This document shows, piece after piece, positions 57,925 through 64,000 of a stretch of 64,000 bases of DNA. Location: positions 32,001-96,000 of the forward strand of contig CAWIEK010000048.1 of the NCBI GenBank assembly GCA_963835065.1. The letters run 5' to 3'. Under the pieces are notes generated by a model. The model searched no databases, was not told the origin of the DNA, and saw nothing but the letters and a program-made list of their open reading frames with translations. The DNA comes from an uncultured Chthonomonadaceae bacterium. Lineage in GTDB: Bacteria; Armatimonadota; Chthonomonadetes; Chthonomonadales; Chthonomonadaceae. The position numbers and the translations under genes were made by a program. The first letter of the stretch is position 1. The number at the start of each line of letters is the position of its first letter.

Positions 57925-58175
57925 CGTCCTGACGACTGGAAAATTTTTGTTGAAATTTCTGATGTAAGGGTTGCAGATATGTTTTTATGTTCATTTTAAC
58001 GGGTATACTGTATAAAATAACAGCCGGATAGCGAAAGGTGGCTCCACAAAAGAATAGCCTGGTTTGATTGAAGTTGTGCCGGAGCGCCCGCTGTTGCCGC
58101 CGGTAAGAAGAGGCTGAGGAAGTACGACGGCAGCCAACTGCGATGGGTCTACACGTTGTTACAAGGAGAAACCCT

Positions 58176-58795
58176 GTGAAAAAGAGTACGGCAGTCCTCC
58201 CTATCCTCCTGCTTCTTGGCAGCGCCTCACTGCGCGCTGCCGCCGATACGAACCTGGTTCAGAACGGCGATTTTGAAACCAACGATCTTACGTTTTGGAA
58301 CGTGAGCGATCCGAACACGATGTTTGTATCCACGAACCCGCACAACGGCAACTACGCCGCATGGCTAGGCACTTATCCCGCAACCGGCATCCTGTCCCAA
58401 TCGCTCACAACCGTTGTCGGCCAGCAGTACCTGATTGACTTTTTCGTGGCGAACGACTATTTGCAGGACCCCTTCCTGAGCAGTCCCAGCGCGCTTACCG
58501 TATCCTTCGGCAGCAAGGTTCTCTTTGCGCAAAACCCAGTTTCTTATGAAGATTACACCGAAGAAACCGCCATTGCCACCGCTACCGGTTCCACCACGAC
58601 ACTTTCGTTTTCCCAACAACAATCGCCCGGTTACTTATTTCTGGATGATGTCGGCGTGAGGCTATCGTAACCGTGCCTGAGTTGAACGGTACGCTGGCAA
58701 TGGGTGCTTTTTTCATCCTGTGCGGGCTGGTTCTGCTGCACCGGCAGGGAACGAGCCGCAAGAATAATAAAAATAAATTTTCGCTGCAGAAGTAA
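58176..58795 (+). CDS. PEP-CTERM protein with a carbohydrate-binding-like domain (frameshift near 58660)
   Basis: Signal peptide, NLVQNGDFE..W, LDDV; VPE + TM + basic tail in the shifted frame. Confidence 0.8.
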
Positions 58796-59033
58796 TAATC
58801 CAAATAAAGTTGAAAAATAGTATTTTCTTTTCACGAGTATGCTATTATATGGTGGATGCAATCACCGTTACAACATCTGCTCGCAAGCCGTAGTGGATGA
58901 AAACGCAGCCGCATTACAGCGTTCGAAATTCCAAGTTACCGCCGTCGCTTCTTGAGATTCGTTCAATACAGCCTACATCGGGCAGATTTATTAAGGCGTA
59001 CCAGGGCCTGAAGGATAGATCTTATCTTACCGA

Positions 59034-62000
59034 TTGAATTCCCGGCAGTCAGAAAAGGCAATCTCCATTCCTCGCGTCCTTCTCTGCGGCTTTTTGCTGG
59101 CAAACGTTTCCGTTTCGCAGGCGGAGCGGCCTCCCGTAACCCGCCGCGCAGCAGATCGCCTTCAGCTGCGGGCGCTTCCCGCGCGCTGCCAGGTGGCGGT
59201 CAAGCAGGAAACGAGCCTTTCCCTGTCCTTTGGTTCCCCTGTCAAAGTGGATTCTGCCGCCAATCTGCGGGTGACAGGCGTTCCCAAAGGCGTTACGGCC
59301 TGGTTCTATCCCTCCTACTTAAATCGTACCGGCAACACGCTGTTCGTTCGGGCTGCCGAGCAAACCGTTCCCGGCTCCTACGCGCTTTCGGTGGAAACCG
59401 TTCGCAACGGCCATATTGTTTCTTCCCTTCCGGTTCCCCTGCGCGTGTTGCCTCCGGGTACAGCCGATGCAAGTCAGCGCCCGTTCGATTTTCGGCAGGC
59501 CGCGCAACATCAAGCCGCCGTTCCTCTGCCTGCTCTCGGAACCCTGCTTGACAATGCGGGGCATCTGTCCCGGCCTGTGTCTCCCAATACGGTGCGGCAG
59601 TGGCTGCACACCCCGCATAGCCGCCAAACAAAGGATGTTTCGACGGCGCAGGCGCAGATATGGCTTGGCGAGTATCTTCTGGCGCATGATGAGCAACCGG
59701 AAAAAGCGCGGCGGCATTTCCGGCAGGCGCAGCGCCTGCTGCCCCTTTCGCATCCGCTTTATGGCCTTGCCGCGTATGACAGCGCCCTGGCGCTTTATTA
59801 TGAGGGGGCGTATGGCGCGGCCAAAGACGCTTTTCTTGCCCTGCTGACAAACCGGCCTGCCCTGCATGGTTTCGACCGCAAAACGTGCGTCTTGTGGAGC
59901 CGCATGGCGATTGGCTGTTGGGGCTACCATGAGCAGCGTTCCGCGATGGGCATCCCTGAGCCGTCCAAACTCGACCCGGTTTGCGGCGCGGCGGGGCTTG
60001 CCGCCTGCATCCACGAATTGAACGGCGCTTACGATAAGAAAACCCTGTTGGGCGCATGCCGGGTTACGGGCGAAGGCAGCGTGATGGCGAACATCCTGGC
60101 CGCCACGCGCCGCCTGGGGTATGCTGCGCATCTCCTCACCTGCGACGAAGAGGGATTGAAGGCGCTGCCCAAACCGCTGATCGCGTATGTGGAGCATGAC
60201 CATTATATCGCCGTCGTGGACGCCAACGAGCATGGAGTCTCGTATCTGTGCAGCGACTGCGGGGCATGGCCGGGCGGGCGCGTTGACCTGACGTGGAAGC
60301 AGTGGCGAGCGCTGGAAGCCTCGCAGTACGTCGTGGTGCGCCGCCCGGAGGATACGTGGGATCAGGCGCTCAAGTACGCCAGCGTTCAGACGCCGGAACG
60401 AGCAGGCGGCGCACAACTCACGCTCGCCAGCACATCGCCTACGGCTCCCACACTTTTGGCGCGGCGAATGGCTGGAGCGCTCAAGGGGCATTTCAAGTTC
60501 AAGGATCAGCAGCCGACCAATGGGCCTTGTGGCACCAAACCGACAAGCCCCGATCCTCCACCTGCCACCTGTTCGTACACAAGCACTGATAGCTCAGGCG
60601 GACAGGTCGCTTCGGATGCTGGAATGACAGACACTGCCGGCCAGTGCGGTCTCCCTACATCGTGCATGCAGCAACCCAATGCTTCAATGGCTGACCCCTG
60701 GCCCTGATCCTGTGCAACTTGCTGCCGGTGAAGAGAAGTATGGGCCGGTTGGGAGCTTGAACGTTTATAATCCTTATGGGCCGTCCGTCAACTGGTACCT
60801 CCATTATCGCAGCCTGCGGGGGTGTGGACAGTCCTTCGCCTCGATAAGGCTATTCCTTTGCCTAGGACTTCACTATACGAAGATTACGTTTGTGGAGTGG
60901 GTTGGACACAGCCCTACAATGTGGGGGTCTACGATCCGACGGGCGGAGGCACCGGCACAAAATATATCTTCTACCCGGATGGCGCGCGTGTTGCCTTTAC
61001 GATGCCCGCCGTCCCGACAGCGGCTAAACCCAAAGTACAGGGCAGTGTGCAGGCCGGCAATGCGCTGCTCGTCGAGTGGGACTACGATTCCGCCACACAG
61101 GGTGGCTACTACGTCATTACCATGCGCGACCGAACCCGCCTGGTGACGACGGGCTACAATTCAGCGGTTGGCTGCCATCTCTTGTCTCGAATGATTGACG
61201 GCAATGGTCACGCGCTGAATTTTACGTATGGCTCACCGGCGCATACGAACGGTTGGCCGCTGCTGGCGAAGATCACGAACGATGCGAACACAGCGTTGCT
61301 GACCATTGTTCGGGCGACGGACGGCACGGGCAACATCACCCACGTTGACGACGCTTATGGGCGTTCGATCTACTATCACTGCAGTTACTATCCCTGCACC
61401 TACACTCCCTATCCCTATCCACAGGGCTATCAGGAGGTAAACCACATTTCGCAGCTGGTGCAAACGGCACTTTGAAAGCGCCGGATCACTTTGCTTACGG
61501 CTATCAGGGTATTTACAATGGTGAGGGCGAACTAATCCCCTTTTTGCATACCTTTCCGTTCCCTCGCCCACCGGAAATGGAACCAGCACCTCGACCATCA
61601 ACTACAACAATTACGTTCCGCTCCTCACCAGTCTGGTTGATGCCAACGGCAACACGCGGACGTACACATCCTCGGACGCGAACGGCAATTACGCCTATCC
61701 TCGGCCTATACGAAGGTCGCGGTTACGGACAACAAGGGCAATCTGGGTTACAGCTACATCGTCAGTTATAACAGCGCGATGGAGGAGACTTCACGTAAAA
61801 ACGGCGCGGGGCAGGTACTTGCCACAACTGTCTATGCCGACGGGAACGATCCGTATCAGCCTTCCTCCGTCACAGATGGCAACGGTCATACCTCCTACTC
61901 CTCCTACGACACCTATGGGAACATGACGCAGGCGACTTCGGCGCGTGGAACTGTCACCCATAACAGCTTCGATTACACGAATTTCGCGCTCGGCGAACTG

Positions 62001-64000
62001 AAAGCGACTGAGCAAGGCGGCAAAACGCCGACCAGTTTCACCTACTACGAGCCAAGCGGCCTGCCTAAAACGATCAGTACGCCCAGGCCGGGAACGCAGG
62101 GGAGTGGAACCGTCACAACCGCGCTCACCTACGACGGCCTGGGCAATATCCTCACCATCATTGCGCCCGGCAACAACGCTACGATTGTCAACGGCGTGGA
62201 TCAGGGCATTACCACGACGTTCAACTACAGTCTGACCCGGCCTTCAACTATCTACAGGCCGCGCAGATTGCACAGCCGATTACGGTCACAGACAACCTGG
62301 GACACACCACCCACCTGCGTTACGATGCCAGAGGCAATCAGACAATCGTATAGACGAATGAGGAAATGAAACTGATTTACGTTCAATATCGCCAATCAAC
62401 TGCTGACCACAACCGCGCCTGCAACCGGCGAAAATGGGGCAGGCCGCGCTTATACGCTCAACGCCTATTTGTACCCGGAAGGGCCGCAAACCGGCACGAC
62501 GGCGTATGATGAAAGCGGCGTGGCGATGCGGCAAGTCAAGTACGGCTATGGCGCGGAAGGGGAGCGTTTGTCTACAACGGCGATTTCCAGCGGCGGAAAC
62601 ACCACGCTTGCATCGCAGACGTATGACTCACTGTACCGTGTCAAGACGGTTTCGGATGGCAATAACCATGCCACAACGTATACCTACAACGCGGCGGGAT
62701 ATGTGTCAAAAATCGCCTATCCCGGCGTCAGCGGCGCTTATGATACGGTCCAGTACCCATCCTACGATGCGCTGGGCAACCCCTTGCAGCGTATTGATGG
62801 CAGGGGAATTGTCACCAACTTTACTTACAATGACCCGGAAAACCGGCTGACCGACGTGCAGTACCCAACCTATCTATCCCTGAACATCCATCTGGCTTAC
62901 GATGGTTATAGTCGACGGTCCGGCATGACGGACGGCACGGGCAGCAACAGCTACACGTATGACGACGGCAACCGCCCGCTTTCCGCGACAACCGCATATA
63001 CGGGCATACTCACGCAAGGGATTACATACAGCTACTTTGCGGATGGCAGTCGCCAGACCATGACCTCGCCTGCGGGCGTTTTCAGCTACGCTTATGACGC
63101 CGGACAGCGCATGACTTCGCTGACTAATCCGCTTGGCGAAACGTCAAGCTGGAGTTATCAGGTAAACAACTGGCTGCGAACGCAGACGTTGGGCAACGGC
63201 GTCACGAGTGCGTACACCAACGATGCGCGGGGACTCGTTACCAACCTGACCACGCAGGCAAGCTTGGGACGCAACCTGTCCGCGTTCAGCAGCATGGCGT
63301 ATGACGGCGTGGGCAATCGCGCAACCCTGACGGCAACAATTGCTGGCATTCCGACCCTGAGCGGCCAGACGCGCTACGGCTATGACTACAAGAACCAGCT
63401 TGTTCAGGAACAGTCCACGCGGGGTGGCAGCTACAACAACGCCTTCGCCTATGATCCGGCAGGCAACCCGACAACGTTCCGGGGCGTGTCTTTCGGCTAC
63501 AACGCGGACAACCAGAACACTACGTTCGGGTACGACGGCAACGGTAATCCGACGAGCTACAGGGGCGCAACGCTGGCCTTCGACCCGGAAAACCATCTCA
63601 TTGCCTATGCTCAGGCAATGACTGCGGGCTACACTGGCGACGGACTGCGTGCATGGAAGCAGACTCCCGCCCCACGAAGCAAAACCTACTTTCTTTACGA
63701 CGGCCTCACGCCTATTTGTGAACTAGACAACCTGGGTAAGGTCAAGGCCATCAACACGTTCGGCGCAAACGGCCTGCTGTCGCGCCGTTCCACGACAGGC
63801 AACGTCTTCTACACCTTCGACCCACAGGGCAACGTTGCGCAACGCCTGGACGCGCAGGGCAATGTGCTGAATTCCGTCCTGTTCGACGCCTACGGCAACG
63901 GCAGTAGCATGGGTGCTTCCCTGATCTGACCCCTTCGGATACGAAGCGCAATGGGGCTACTACCACGACACCGAAACCGAACTCTATCTGCTCGGCTTCC
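59034..64000 (+). CDS. Large secreted TPR + C39-peptidase + RHS/YD-repeat protein (several frameshifts; runs off right edge)
   Basis: Signal peptide; DPVCGAAGL..LPKPLIAYVEHDHYIAV; DPVQLAAGE; many YD repeats; DPFGYEAQWGYYHDTET core at the end. Confidence 0.85.

Noticed and set aside
58020..58142. Possible riboswitch (c-di-GMP-like) upstream of the PEP-CTERM gene
   Set aside because: Only fragments (GAAA, GGCAGCC) resemble the consensus and no consistent fold could be built

Overview
GC-rich bacterial chromosomal window, probably Armatimonadota-like (inferred from PEP-CTERM proteins, the style of the RHS core and RpoB/RpoC insertions; not verified by search). The housekeeping core is gltB/gltD, split apart by inserted genes, and rpoB-rpoC. 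It is mixed with accessory DNA: an AT-richer patch of intact and decayed toxin-antitoxin modules (12-17 kb), a HEPN pair, an AT-rich nuclease-NACHT-HEAT putative defence gene, a decayed AAA-ATPase pair, a four-gene OsmC-like/acyl-CoA dehydrogenase/PhnD-like/MetE-like operon, PEP-CTERM proteins, and a large TPR + C39-peptidase + RHS gene that runs off the right end. Many long genes, including essential rpoB, carry frameshifts, most likely long-read indel errors. The most striking unannotated structure is non-coding. (1) A family of heptamer-repeat palindromic mini-elements occurs between genes and also in-frame inside GltB, RpoB, a phosphoesterase and a PEP-CTERM anchor. (2) A ~440-bp element occurs twice (11.6-12.1 kb and 57.5-57.9 kb) with a conserved SD, a 9-codon ORF, a hairpin and a 37-codon ORF. 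(3) Several REP/MITE-like inverted-repeat families are present, one of them nested. No rRNA, tRNA or CRISPR array was recognised.
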